A stretch of DNA of 63,728 nt, counting the filler, from Pseudomonadota bacterium (lineage in GTDB: Bacteria; Pseudomonadota; Alphaproteobacteria; Paracaedibacterales; CAIOTO01): NCBI GenBank assembly GCA_040387495.1. It is 5 parts of 4 records of this genome, joined end to end, with 100 filler letters (N's around TTAATTAATTAA, not from the genome) between each part and the next. Parts side by side here need not be neighbours in the genome. Positions count along the whole stretch, not along the records: positions 1 to 11,932 come from JAZKDQ010000007.1; positions 12,033 to 17,029 come from JAZKDQ010000007.1; positions 17,130 to 44,049 come from JAZKDQ010000012.1; 2 more parts are not named here. One strand, given 5' to 3'. The position numbers and the translations under genes are program-made. How positions within the stretch are numbered: the stretch's first letter is position 1; every line of letters begins with the position of its first letter. This document shows positions 10,514 to 20,869 of the stretch, one piece after another. Under the pieces are notes generated by a model. That model did not search any database. It saw only the letters and a list, made by a program, of their open reading frames with translations, and had not been told where the DNA came from.

Positions 10514-11566
10514 TTAATTATCTATTGTGCTATCAAGTTCGCTTGATGGGCGTAGTAGGTGATAATCGAGCGTTTTGATGAGAGCATCTTTTATGCTCAC
10601 TTTTGGCGTCCATCCAAGTGTCTTCTGAATGTGGTCAATCTTTGGTACGCGGCGTGCGATATCTTGGAAATATTTTCCATAGTGATCGCCCGATGTGACA
10701 TCTTCAATAACAACGCGATTTGCTATATCAGCATATGCTGGATACGTCTTAATTAAATCGACAATCATTGTTGCTAATTCACGAATCGAAATATCATTGC
10801 TTGGGTTACCAATGTTAAAGATCTGCCCAGAAGCCTTACCATCCTTATTTTCAATAATTCTCATCAATGCATCGATGCCATCATCAATATCAGTGAACGA
10901 CCTACGTTGGTGTCCGCCGTCAACAAGTTTAATGCGTTGATGGTGCAGAACATCAGCAATAAATTGTGTAACAACACGTGATGAACCTTCTTTTGCAGCA
11001 AAAATACTATCAAGTTTTGCGCCAAGCCAATTGAAAGGACGGAACAATGTAAAATCAAGGCCATCTCTAACACCGTATGCATAGATAACGCGGTCAAGTA
11101 ATTGCTTTGAACATGAGTAGATCCAGCGTTGTTTTTCGATCGATCCTAAAATCAATGGGGATGTGTATTCATCAAATTCTTCATCGGTACTCATACCGTA
11201 TACTTCGGATGTTGATGGAAAAAGGACGCGTTTTTTGTACGTTACACATTGACGAATAATCGGCAGGTTTGCTTCGAAATCAAGCTCGAACACGCGAAGT
11301 GGATCTGTTACATAAATTGACGGCGTCGCAATAGCCACAAGCGGCAGCACAACATCACATTTTTTAACGTGGTATTCAATCCATTCTTTGTTGATTGTGA
11401 TGTCACCTTCGACGAAGTGGAAACGGGGATGCCCTACGCAATCGCTTAACTTATTGTCGGACATATCCATCCCATACACATGCCAATCGGTGTTTTTTAA
11501 AATGGATTCAGTAAGCGCACTTCCTATAAAACCGTTAATGCCAAGGATGAGAACTTTTTTAACCAT
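10514..11566 (-). CDS. arnA: UDP-glucuronate oxidase/decarboxylase, stand-alone ArnA C-terminal domain
   Basis: GINGFIG, EYHVKKCDVVLPLVAIATP, FPSTSEVYG, RWIYSCSKQLLDR, GSSRV; no formyltransferase domain. Confidence 0.9.
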   Translation of the reverse strand: MVKKVLILGINGFIGSALTESILKNTDWHVYGMDMSDNKLSDCVGHPRFHFVEGDITINKEWIEYHVKKCDVVLPLVAIATPSIYVTDPLRVFELDFEANLPIIRQCVTYKKRVLFPSTSEVYGMSTDEEFDEYTSPLILGSIEKQRWIYSCSKQLLDRVIYAYGVRDGLDFTLFRPFNWLGAKLDSIFAAKEGSSRVVTQFIADVLHHQRIKLVDGGHQRRSFTDIDDGIDALMRIIENKDGKASGQIFNIGNPSNDISIRELATMIVDLIKTYPAYADIANRVVIEDVTSGDHYGKYFQDIARRVPKIDHIQKTLGWTPKVSIKDALIKTLDYHLLRPSSELDSTIDN

Positions 11567-11777
11567 AAGAGATGCTCCTAAAATGTGTAATTGACGCTGC
11601 GTTCGAGCCGTTTATGTCTGGGCTTTTTATTTGTTAGATGTGTTTTTAATGGACAACATGATAATAGAGCAGAGGAGCCGGCTTCGCAACTCATTCTTTT
11701 GGGTAGAATTTTGCATTACTCACAACACCTTTGGTTATATTGATAACTAAAAGAAATATGCTACCTACACATCATAA

Positions 11778-11800
11778 ATCCGCGAGCTTGGCCCGCGGAT
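11778..11800. repeat. REP/RPE-like palindrome
   Basis: ATCCGCG-AGCTTGGC-CCGCGGAT downstream of the FKBP gene; resembles the 51807 copy. Confidence 0.5.
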
Positions 11801-11840
11801 CATCAAATAGAAAGTGTATTTCTGCCGAAGCGAAATATTC

Positions 11841-11932
11841 TTATTCAACCCCTAGCAACTCAACATCAAATTCAAGTGTTGCATTTGGTGGAATTAACCC
11901 GCCAGCACCACGCGCGCCATAGCCGAGCTCTG
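11841..11932 (-). CDS. FKBP-type peptidyl-prolyl isomerase, C-terminal fragment cut by contig end
   Basis: Minus strand reads ELGYGARGAGGLIPPNATLEFDVELLGVE*. Confidence 0.92.
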
Positions 11933-12032
11933 NNNNNNNNNNNNNNNNNNNNNNNNNNNNNNNNNNNNNNNNNNNNTTAATTAATTAANNNNNNNNNNNN
12001 NNNNNNNNNNNNNNNNNNNNNNNNNNNNNNNN
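11933..12032. other. Artificial contig linker
   Basis: N runs around TTAATTAATTAA, 100 bp. Confidence 0.99.
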
Positions 12033-12176
12033 TTAAAGCACGAAAAAATTGAAAAGATCGTTGATGCATCTCATGATTTACATGTATACGTTAATGAAAA
12101 AACACGTAAAACATTGGGAATCGTTTTGCCAGCCAGTCTCGACAAAAATGTTATCCTTGTAGGAACAGAAAAATGA
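12033..12176 (+). CDS. ABC transporter substrate-binding protein, C-terminal fragment
   Basis: LKHEKIE…VYVNEKTRKTLGIVLPASL…TEK*; ATGA overlap with the permease. Confidence 0.7.
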   Translation, partial: LKHEKIEKIVDASHDLHVYVNEKTRKTLGIVLPASLDKNVILVGTEK

Positions 12177-13060
12177 ACGTTATACAACTGACAGGTGCAC
12201 TCGAGCTTGGCTTGATTTACAGCATCGTTGCCATGGGCATTTACTTGTCCTTTCGCACATTGCAATTTCCAGACATGACCGTAGATGGCAGCTTTCCACT
12301 CGGCGCCGCTATTTGCGCTACTTGCGTGCTATATGGGATGCATCCACTCACCGCAACATTGATGGCAATGCTTGGTGGTGCACTCAGCGGATATATAACG
12401 GCACTCATGGCGACACGTCTGAAAATGTTAAATCTGCTTGCGGGTATTTTAACCATGATCGCGCTCTACTCTGTGAACTTGCGTATTATGGGGCGTCCGA
12501 ACATGTCACTTTCGGGTGAGAAAACCGTTTTTAATGAATTTTTCAGCTGGCTTGCAATTCCATCTGTGTCAACACTGCTGCTACCGTTGCTTGTGATTGT
12601 TATAATTGTAGGGTTGGTTGCGTTACTATTTCTGAGAACAGAGCTTGGGCTAGGTCTTCGCGCCGCCGGTAGCAATGCTAAAATGGCACGTGCAAAGGGG
12701 ATCAATGATCAACGGATGATTCAATTGGGTCTCAGTATATCCAATAGCTTTGTGGCCTTAGCAGGCGCACTTTTTGCACAAACGCAAGGTTTTGCTGACG
12801 TTACGATGGGGACAGGCACCATCGTCTATGGTTTAGCGGCTGTGATTCTGGGTGAAGCATTGTTGTCAACACGAACTATTAAGCAAGCACTGCTAGCATG
12901 TGTTTTAGGCGCTATTTTGTATCGCTTTGTTATTTCAATTGCACTCAACACACATGAATTTGGCCTGCATGCATCTGATTTGCAACTCGTAACCGCAATT
13001 ATTATGGTATTGGCAATGCAAGTGCCAGCACTTAAACGTCATATCAAAGCCATTCGTTAG
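12173..13060 (+). CDS. ABC transporter permease (putative aromatic amino acid uptake type)
   Basis: FPDMTVDGSFPLG, LLAGILTMIALYSVNLRIMG, ADVTMGTG; multiple TMs. Confidence 0.9.
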   Translation: MNVIQLTGALELGLIYSIVAMGIYLSFRTLQFPDMTVDGSFPLGAAICATCVLYGMHPLTATLMAMLGGALSGYITALMATRLKMLNLLAGILTMIALYSVNLRIMGRPNMSLSGEKTVFNEFFSWLAIPSVSTLLLPLLVIVIIVGLVALLFLRTELGLGLRAAGSNAKMARAKGINDQRMIQLGLSISNSFVALAGALFAQTQGFADVTMGTGTIVYGLAAVILGEALLSTRTIKQALLACVLGAILYRFVISIALNTHEFGLHASDLQLVTAIIMVLAMQVPALKRHIKAIR

Positions 13061-13069
13061 GGGATAAAC

Positions 13070-13858
13070 ATGATCACACTAACCGACATTCATGTTGTTT
13101 TCTCACCTGACACCATTCGTGAGCGAAAAGCACTTAACGGGCTTTCATTAACCATCGAAGAAGGCGAATTCTTAACAGTCATCGGTAGTAATGGCGCGGG
13201 GAAATCAACATTGCTGAATACCATCGCTGGTGAGATTCTGCCGACATCGGGCACAATCATGATTGACGATGATAACGTCAGCCAGAAAGAAAGCTTTGCC
13301 CGTGCAAATGCCGTCGCACGTGTGTTTCAAGACCCGTTGGCGGGAACATGTGGCGATCTAACAGTTGCGGAGAACATGGCACTGGCCATGGCACGCGGAC
13401 ACTGTCGCGGCTTTAAAAAAGCATTGCCACGTGCACGCCGGGAAGCAATTCGCGATATGTTAGCCGGTTTGAAATTAGGACTTGAATACCGTTTAGATAC
13501 TTCTATGGCATCATTATCCGGCGGACAACGTCAAGCGATCAGTTTATTGATGGCGACATTGAGCCCACTTAAGATTTTATTGTTAGATGAACACACTTCA
13601 GCGCTTGACCCCAAGACTGCTGCATTTGTGATGGATTTAAGCAAGCAAATCATTGCCGAGCATAAGCTAACCGCATTGATGGTAACGCACAGTTTGCAGC
13701 AAGCCCTTGATGTAGGGACTCGCACGGTAATGTTACACGAAGGACGCGTCATCTTTGATGTACGTGGTGAAGAACGCGCTGCACTTACTGTGCAAGATCT
13801 GCTCGCGCAATTCGGCAAGAATATGGATGACGATCGATTGCTGTTGCAACGCGGGTAG
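13070..13858 (+). CDS. ABC transporter ATP-binding protein
   Basis: GSNGAGKST, RVFQDP, LSGGQRQ, LLLDEHTSALDP, VTH. Confidence 0.93.
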   Translation: MITLTDIHVVFSPDTIRERKALNGLSLTIEEGEFLTVIGSNGAGKSTLLNTIAGEILPTSGTIMIDDDNVSQKESFARANAVARVFQDPLAGTCGDLTVAENMALAMARGHCRGFKKALPRARREAIRDMLAGLKLGLEYRLDTSMASLSGGQRQAISLLMATLSPLKILLLDEHTSALDPKTAAFVMDLSKQIIAEHKLTALMVTHSLQQALDVGTRTVMLHEGRVIFDVRGEERAALTVQDLLAQFGKNMDDDRLLLQRG

Positions 13859-13863
13859 GGATT

Positions 13864-14907
13864 ATGCCTAAACTTGCTGTTGTCCTGTTTAACCTAGGTG
13901 GTCCAGATACCCTAGCTGCTGTTAAACCTTTCCTGTTTAATTTATTCAATGATCAAGCGATTTTGCGCATGCCAAAGATACCGCGTTATCTGCTTGCGAA
14001 ATTGATATCTGGACTGCGTGCTAAGAAAGCCCGTGGCATTTATGAACGTATGGGCGGTGGATCACCATTATTGCCCAACACAATTGCACAGGCTAATGCG
14101 CTTGAGATAGCGCTAAACAAACAGGGGCTAAACGCAAAAACATTCGTGTGCATGCGTTATTGGCACCCAATGTCAGCTGAAGTTGTGCAGGCTGTGCACG
14201 ATTTCGCCCCTTATCAAATTGTTTTAGTTCCCCTCTATCCGCAGTTTTCAACCACAACAACAGAATCATCTTTTGATGATTGGCACAAATCATGGAAAGA
14301 TGCGGGTTACGCGCCCGTTTCCACAAAGAGTATTGGCTGTTACCCTGTTGACCCAAACATGATCAAAGCATTTGCAGAATTGTCTATTCCTATAATTCAA
14401 GAAGCCGCAACGCATGAGCGCCCAATGATTTTGTTTTCTGCGCATGGTTTGCCGCAATCCGTCGTTGATGATGGTGATCCTTACCAGTATCACGTAGAGC
14501 AAACTGCAAAGCACCTTAAAGCAGAGCTCACGACTCAACTAGGCGATATATTTGACAGCACTGTATGTTATCAAAGTAAGGTTGGTCCTAAAAAATGGAT
14601 TGATCCTGCAACTGATGTGATAATCAAGGATGCTGCAAAACAAAAACGAGCCATCGTTGTTATTCCAGTTGCCTTTGTGTCAGATCATTCAGAAACATTG
14701 GTTGAACTTGATCAAGATTATCGTGATTTAGCGCTGCAGTGTGGAGCGCCTTATTATGGCCGGGCACCAAGTTTGGCCTGTCACTCTTCGTTTATTGAAG
14801 CATTAGCTGGCCAAGTTCGACGTGCGATTAATAAGGATAGTGTTGAAAAAATATGCAGCAGTGGTATGATTTGTTTCTGCAAAACATTAAAAACAGACGT
14901 TAATTAA
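13864..14907 (+). CDS. hemH: Ferrochelatase
   Basis: NLGGP, GGGSPL, MRYWHP, PLYPQFS, FSAHGLP, FVSDHSETLVELD. Confidence 0.96.
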   Translation: MPKLAVVLFNLGGPDTLAAVKPFLFNLFNDQAILRMPKIPRYLLAKLISGLRAKKARGIYERMGGGSPLLPNTIAQANALEIALNKQGLNAKTFVCMRYWHPMSAEVVQAVHDFAPYQIVLVPLYPQFSTTTTESSFDDWHKSWKDAGYAPVSTKSIGCYPVDPNMIKAFAELSIPIIQEAATHERPMILFSAHGLPQSVVDDGDPYQYHVEQTAKHLKAELTTQLGDIFDSTVCYQSKVGPKKWIDPATDVIIKDAAKQKRAIVVIPVAFVSDHSETLVELDQDYRDLALQCGAPYYGRAPSLACHSSFIEALAGQVRRAINKDSVEKICSSGMICFCKTLKTDVN

Positions 14908-14923
14908 GTTGTCGGATAAAACA

Positions 14924-15892
14924 ATGAACAAAACAATTGCCCAAAAGGGCTATGAAGTTATTATGCATGAAGCTAAAGGGCTTAATGCGCTGGCAGAGTC
15001 TCTTGGTTCAGGCTTTGAATCAGCCGTAAAAACAATTGCTGAAACAAAAGGTCGGCTTATCGTTAGCGGTGTCGGTAAAAGCGGTCACGTAGGGCGTAAA
15101 ATAGCTGCGACGTTTGCATCAACTGGGCAACCGGCATTTTTCGTACATGCAGCAGAAGCCGGTCATGGTGATCTTGGCATGATTACAAAAGACGATACAT
15201 TGTTGCTGATTTCCTATTCAGGCGAGGCAAACGAACTGCATTCACTGTTTCACTATGCACATCGTCTGCAACTGCCAATTATCTCAATTACATCAAAAAG
15301 CACATCGCTATTAGCGACTCATTCAAACATTACACTCGTATTACCCGACGTTGGTGAAGCATGCCCTATGGGACTTGCGCCGACAACATCAACGACACTT
15401 ACGATGGCGATGGGAGACGCGCTAGCTGTTGCATTGCTATCCTTACGAGGATTCACAAAACAAGATTTCAACACCTTTCATCCAGGCGGGAATCTAGGTC
15501 ATCAATTGCGTTCCATCAAAGATTTTATGCACCATGGCGATCGCGTGCCGTTGGCACAATCAAATACGTCTATGACGGATTGTTTGATGCGCATGTCGGC
15601 CTCTGGTTTTGGGTGTGTTGGGGTTTTAGATGACAATGCTTGTTTAGCCGGAATTATCACAGACGGTGACTTGCGGCGTCATATGAGTGAAAATTTAATG
15701 AGCTTAAATGCACATGACGTCATGACAAAAAATCCAGTCACGATTGCGCCAGACGCATTAATGGGTGATGCATTAGCGATATTTGAGAAAAAATCAATCA
15801 CAAACGTCTTTGTTGTGGATCAAGCTTGTGTTAAAGGTAATGTGCTAGGGATCCTGCATTTACATGATTGTTTGCGCGGAAAAATAATCTAA
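14924..15892 (+). CDS. kdsD: Arabinose-5-phosphate isomerase (KpsF/GutQ; SIS plus CBS domains)
   Basis: GVGKSGH, HGDLG, EACPMGLAPTTST, HPGG, ITDGDLRR. Confidence 0.93.
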   Translation: MNKTIAQKGYEVIMHEAKGLNALAESLGSGFESAVKTIAETKGRLIVSGVGKSGHVGRKIAATFASTGQPAFFVHAAEAGHGDLGMITKDDTLLLISYSGEANELHSLFHYAHRLQLPIISITSKSTSLLATHSNITLVLPDVGEACPMGLAPTTSTTLTMAMGDALAVALLSLRGFTKQDFNTFHPGGNLGHQLRSIKDFMHHGDRVPLAQSNTSMTDCLMRMSASGFGCVGVLDDNACLAGIITDGDLRRHMSENLMSLNAHDVMTKNPVTIAPDALMGDALAIFEKKSITNVFVVDQACVKGNVLGILHLHDCLRGKII

Positions 15893-15922
15893 GAAATAAA
15901 ACAATAAGAATGGAGAATAATA

Positions 15923-16795
15923 ATGATTAAAACATTTAAAGGAATACTGTGCGCTGTCGCTGTGATGGGGGCTCATGGTTGGGCTGATGTGCGTGAAGAA
16001 TTTATAGGTAACGATAATAATGTCTATTACTTACGTCATGCAACGACGAACGACTTTGAAAGCGCAGCTGAGCAACTAGACTAAACCCCAGAACTAAAAT
16101 TGATTCTTACTAAAGCTACAAAAGATCGACTGAAGCCACGTCTTGAAAATCAGCACTATGGATTACTTATTGTAGAAGACGAAAATGGTCAATATCGTGG
16201 AAAAATGACTGCAGGACGAATTTCATTAGCAGTTATTGGTCGCTCGCCAGAAACTATAATAGATAGAACAGATAGATTTTCAATCGTAGGAGATTTTTAT
16301 GATTGGTTATTGAAATTACATGATATAACACCAGAACATGAAAATGTAAACTTTGGATCAAATCCAGGCACATTAATTCACAGAGACATTCATGCAGCTA
16401 CGGTATATATACCGCCTACATCAGATAATCCACTTGCTGCACAATTTAATACAACTGCAATGCTTGATGCATTCGTTAAGCTTGCACAACATAATACTTA
16501 CAAAGTTACGCCAGATGCAAGTATGGCAAAAGATGGCTCTCCTATTACTATAAAAGCAGCTTTTCCTTCTTTTATTATTTCAGAATCTAGGCCATCTACA
16601 ACTAAAACTGAAGATACTCTCAGCAATGTTTTTCGTTTACCTTACTATGATGCCTTAGCAACAGACCAGGGTGATACGCAAGGTATGCGTTATATGACAG
16701 TTACATCTATGAATGATATAGCTATACCAAACCTGCCAGAAGAACTATCTGCTAGATTAGATATATACAAGGCTAATAATTCTATCCTAAATTAA
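15923..16795 (+). pseudogene. Secreted hypothetical protein with one in-frame nonsense codon
   Basis: GGAG RBS, ATG 15923, signal peptide MIKTFKGILCAVAVMGAHGWA, TAA at 16082-16084, same frame continues as ORF 16100..16795. Confidence 0.8.
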
Positions 16796-16807
16796 TTAAT
16801 AGAATTC

Positions 16808-16847
16808 ATAACAGTATCCTAAAAATATTGAGATACTGTTATTTTTT
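16808..16847 (+). terminator. Intrinsic terminator
   Basis: ATAACAGTATC…GATACTGTTAT followed by a T run. Confidence 0.65.
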
Positions 16848-16974
16848 AACCACTTACAAGTGAAGCATTATTAACCAATTGTTAACACTTTTATATTAAA
16901 ATGTACATACATAGACTTTATTTTCAAAATAAATAAGGAGAATGTATGGACTGTAATTTAAAAATAATTTTTAA

Positions 16975-17029
16975 CGGCTCTTATGCAAAACGAGTGGGTA
17001 AGTAACTAAGCCAAGAATCTTATAAACGC
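16975..17029. mobile_element. End of a collapsed repeat, probably an IS terminus (IS5-family-like GGC end)
   Basis: 55 bp that are the exact reverse complement of 54001-54055; begins CGGCTCTTATGCAAAA; lies at a contig break. Confidence 0.6.
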
Positions 17030-17129
17030 NNNNNNNNNNNNNNNNNNNNNNNNNNNNNNNNNNNNNNNNNNNNTTAATTAATTAANNNNNNNNNNNNNNN
17101 NNNNNNNNNNNNNNNNNNNNNNNNNNNNN
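17030..17129. other. Artificial contig linker
   Basis: N runs around TTAATTAATTAA. Confidence 0.99.
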
Positions 17130-17736
17130 AGCCATTGCAGTGTTCCCATAGCCATATGCTCCTCACACAACAACACAAACTCTCTCTGCACCTCTATGCC
17201 GCTTGCTGCAAAAGCAACTTTACACCCTTGATTCTTATTCTTAAACTATCACCTTGCTTAATATATTTTGTGAACGTCCACATGCATGCTACAGCTTATC
17301 TCTTATAAACTGATTATAGAATTGAGTTTTCCACTAGTCCTATTTTTCCTATGGCTAAACCATAAAATCCACACATACATGGCCCACCACATTACAGATG
17401 AAGGAAACTAAGAGAGGTACTATCAACTCAATTAAAACGTGAACCACTATGTAGCGCTTTTCTCCTCAAATGATCAATGCATTCTCATCCCACTATACCA
17501 CATCATCAAGAGGAGGCTCATTAAGGGGTATAACTCCCCATTCAACTCCCTACTCAACTCCCCCTTTTATACACGTCTACGGAACACATGCGCCCAGCCA
17601 AGTATTACGGGGCGTTGCACCATGTTTAAACGAGCATTTGCAATTTCAAATTCCTCTTTCTAAAAATATATTACCTACCACTCATTTTTAAGTGGCATTT
17701 TCGCTTACTCTTTTGTATACTTTTAATTGTTAACGT

Positions 17737-17811
17737 TGGGGTATAGCCAAGCGGTAAGGCAGCGGTTTTTGGTACCGCCACCCCTAGGTTCGAATCCTAG
17801 TACCCCAGCCA
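17737..17811 (+). tRNA. tRNA-Gln (anticodon TTG)
   Basis: TGGGGTA acceptor stem, GCGGT-TTTTGGT-ACCGC anticodon arm, GGTTCGAATCC, encoded CCA. Confidence 0.97.
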
Positions 17812-17824
17812 ACATTGTTTATTT

Positions 17825-18505
17825 ATGAAAAAAATTCTCAAAAAAATCCTCCGTTCTGCAACAACAAAAACGATCTTAGCCTGGGTTGGTTATCATTACT
17901 TATGGTTTGTATTTAAAACTACCCGCTGGTCATACGTTGGGCGAGAACATCTAGAATATTTTCTAAATTCAGACTCTCCTTTTATTGCTGCTTTCTGGCA
18001 TGGTCGATTGGCAATGGTTCCTTTTTTGTGGCACTCTAACAAATCATTTTATATGCTTCTTTCTGAACATGCAGACGGTCGTTTCATTGCGAAGGTTGTG
18101 AGTTACCACAATATAGAAGGCATCTATGGCTCAAAAACCCGTGGTGGTGCCCAAGCCGCACTCTCATGTGTGAAAGTACTTAAACAAGGATGCCCCATTG
18201 GCATAACGCCCGATGGTCCAAAAGGTCCAAGACATCATGTGTCGGATGGTGTGCTCCATATAGCACGTCTGAGTAACACCCCTATCCTACCTATAAGTTA
18301 TGCACTAAAAAGACATCACTTCTTAAAGACCTGGGATCGATTTTTAGTCCCCCTACCCTTCACACAAGGCGTTTTTGTAATTGGCAAACCCATCGCGCAT
18401 AAAGAAAGGAGCGACGAAGCACTAGAGGCATCGCGCATACACCTAACACAAGCGCTCCTCATTGCAGAAGCTGAAGCAGATAGACATGTGATTATAAGTA
18501 AATAA
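17825..18505 (+). CDS. DUF374 lysophospholipid acyltransferase family protein (LpxJ-like)
   Basis: AFWHGRL, SEHADG, GSKTRGG, ITPDGPKGP, TWDRFLVPLPF. Confidence 0.88.
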   Translation: MKKILKKILRSATTKTILAWVGYHYLWFVFKTTRWSYVGREHLEYFLNSDSPFIAAFWHGRLAMVPFLWHSNKSFYMLLSEHADGRFIAKVVSYHNIEGIYGSKTRGGAQAALSCVKVLKQGCPIGITPDGPKGPRHHVSDGVLHIARLSNTPILPISYALKRHHFLKTWDRFLVPLPFTQGVFVIGKPIAHKERSDEALEASRIHLTQALLIAEAEADRHVIISK

Positions 18506-18507
18506 AG

Positions 18508-19737
18508 CTAATCTAACTTTTCTTTTTTATTTTTATCTTTGTTCTTATTTTTGTCTTTCACATGATCTACGGAAATCTCACATAACTTCTTTAATACGCG
18601 TGCAAGTCTTCCAATTTCATTGTCATTTTTAGTGAACTCCTCAAATGTTTCATTTTTGCCATTTAAATTATTTTGGATTATAGTAACAATAGTGTGAAGA
18701 GGAATCATTAAGAATACATTGTAAGTAATTACAGAAATAACGAAAACGAGTAAAATCTGCATGAGCTTGATAATAACATTTGTAGCAAATATAGATTGAT
18801 ACTGCGCATTAAGTTTATCAAAACTTTTCGAGACAACAATTGTACCAATTTTTGCACCACTAAAATCAAAAAGTGGTTCTATGGCAATCCCTTCTTCTTT
18901 ACCGTTAACAATAGGAAATACCGTATAGAATTCTGTTCCCTTACTCAGATATGTAGAAGTCATCAATGATATTATTTTTTCTTTATCTGTAGAATCTAAA
19001 TACCTAAAATTACCAATTGTATTAAGGACTTCCAGCTGTTCGTCCGTAATTTTCTTCTCATTCTTTTCCTGTTCATTTGAAATTTTTGTACAAACTCGCT
19101 TGTATGTATTTTTGTTAACAAAAATGCTAATATCTGCACCTGTAATTTTCTTTGTTTTGTTTATCAAACTTTTAAATGAAAATACAAATTCTAAACTGCC
19201 AATATGTTCTTTTTCATAAAATACGGGGACCACGCCACGAAGACCAAGCCCAGCTCTCCCTAACTCAAGGCCCTTTTGTGGACTTTTTAAGTTATTCGTA
19301 CTCACAACAGTCTGTCTAAAATCACTTAAATCTTCTCCATAATCACCATCTTTATGAAGTTTAAGAAAAGTTGATGCAGGCGCTTTATGGAATTGCATTT
19401 CACTCAGATCATATTTTTCATTTTGCTCAATAAACATTGGCCTTAATTGAGCCCATAACCACGTGCAATCTTCATCTTTAAATGCTTTTCCAATACTAGG
19501 CATAGTCGCAAGCATATCAGCGCGCGATTCAGCTTTTCCTGTTATTTTAAGAAAGTCCGATGCAATTTGTTCTGAGATAGCTTTTAACTCACTCGTCTTT
19601 GCACGTTCCAAAGCACGCTCATGATCTGAATAAACAGCAATAAGCGTAAGCACTAAAGAAATGCACGAAACCATAGGGATAAGAAGAGGAATCTTAAATC
19701 TCAAACTTCCTTTTTTAAATTTATTTACATAAACCAT
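18508..19737 (-). CDS. Membrane sensor: TM-Cache(dCache_3-like)-TM-HAMP, no output domain
   Basis: QFHKAPASTFLKLHK..YGEDLSDFR..GLELGRAGLGLRGVVP..IGSLEF; HAMP-like NEIGRLARVL; short Lys-rich tail. Confidence 0.8.
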   Translation of the reverse strand: MVYVNKFKKGSLRFKIPLLIPMVSCISLVLTLIAVYSDHERALERAKTSELKAISEQIASDFLKITGKAESRADMLATMPSIGKAFKDEDCTWLWAQLRPMFIEQNEKYDLSEMQFHKAPASTFLKLHKDGDYGEDLSDFRQTVVSTNNLKSPQKGLELGRAGLGLRGVVPVFYEKEHIGSLEFVFSFKSLINKTKKITGADISIFVNKNTYKRVCTKISNEQEKNEKKITDEQLEVLNTIGNFRYLDSTDKEKIISLMTSTYLSKGTEFYTVFPIVNGKEEGIAIEPLFDFSGAKIGTIVVSKSFDKLNAQYQSIFATNVIIKLMQILLVFVISVITYNVFLMIPLHTIVTIIQNNLNGKNETFEEFTKNDNEIGRLARVLKKLCEISVDHVKDKNKNKDKNKKEKLD

Positions 19738-19804
19738 AAAACAACCCTCAACTTTGAGATGCAAGATAAACATCTGATTCAAATAGTTAATAATATAACG
19801 TAAA

Positions 19805-20869
19805 TTACTTCATGGCATCAATAATGTAACCAGCCAATATAAAAATTGCAAATAGTGGCAATGCCCATTGACAATAACTAACAAGCGTTCTTAATATACT
19901 GTTTGAATAAACGGTAGTTACAATGTATTTCTCTAAAATACAGACGAAAAATAATATGGTTAATTGAAACATATAACCAATGCCAAATACTTTTAGAACC
20001 AAGCTGTCAACAACAGCGCTATCGGAATATTTTAAAGTGATCGTAAATTGCAATGTTATCAGTGCTAAAAGGGACGAAAGCACCACACTTATTTTTGCCA
20101 TAATATTTATATTGCTGACCCATAATAAAATAAGTGGAAATAGCATAATCATAAAAAATGGAAAGAAAATCATTGGCACATAAGTTGCCGAAGCACGTTC
20201 CGCCTTAACCATGAAACGTAAATTCTCATATAAATATCCATTCCAGCCTCGTAAAATTTTCATCTTTGTATGAAATCCATGTAAATACCATAAAGGAGTA
20301 CTTGCGCCAATGGTTATCCCTGAATCATATTCTTCTTCAACTTCATACACGATACGCATATCAGCCATTGTATTTTTTGTAGACTCAACATCAAGAACTA
20401 AAAGCTGCTCATCAAAAGGAAAAGCCTTTGTATCCAGCGGAGTTCCAAATTCACCTGTTATTGTTAAAATATATTCAACCTTGCCATCACTATAAATAAT
20501 GAGACCATGATGTTGTTTTTGCGGTGTTTTTAGTATATTTTTGATTTTTAAGTTTGGGTTCCAAATACTTTCTAATTTTTTGACTGCTTCTACGTCATCC
20601 AACATTATACGACTTACACCTTTTTCCTTTTTATCAAAGGCAAGATTTGGATCTTTCCATACTGTTTTCAACTGAATTATTCCGGAAAATCCCTCCAAAA
20701 GATTGCTAATGTCATCTAGTTTCAAAACCAAAAGCTCAACCTTTACAGGCACAGGAAATATAAAATCCTCCTTATTTTCAGCTTCCGATGAAAACAGTGC
20801 TGTCTGCGTTAGTAGAAACACTAAAAATAGAAAATATTTTTTAAAGCAAAACATCATTTTTAAACCCAT
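19805..20869 (-). CDS. Prokaryotic pentameric ligand-gated ion channel (GLIC/ELIC-like Pro-loop receptor)
   Basis: Signal peptide, WKDPNL, IWNPNL, DGKVEY, Pro-loop FPFDEQ, pre-M1 Arg (ER), four C-terminal TMs. Confidence 0.85.
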   Translation of the reverse strand: MGLKMMFCFKKYFLFLVFLLTQTALFSSEAENKEDFIFPVPVKVELLVLKLDDISNLLEGFSGIIQLKTVWKDPNLAFDKKEKGVSRIMLDDVEAVKKLESIWNPNLKIKNILKTPQKQHHGLIIYSDGKVEYILTITGEFGTPLDTKAFPFDEQLLVLDVESTKNTMADMRIVYEVEEEYDSGITIGASTPLWYLHGFHTKMKILRGWNGYLYENLRFMVKAERASATYVPMIFFPFFMIMLFPLILLWVSNINIMAKISVVLSSLLALITLQFTITLKYSDSAVVDSLVLKVFGIGYMFQLTILFFVCILEKYIVTTVYSNSILRTLVSYCQWALPLFAIFILAGYIIDAMK

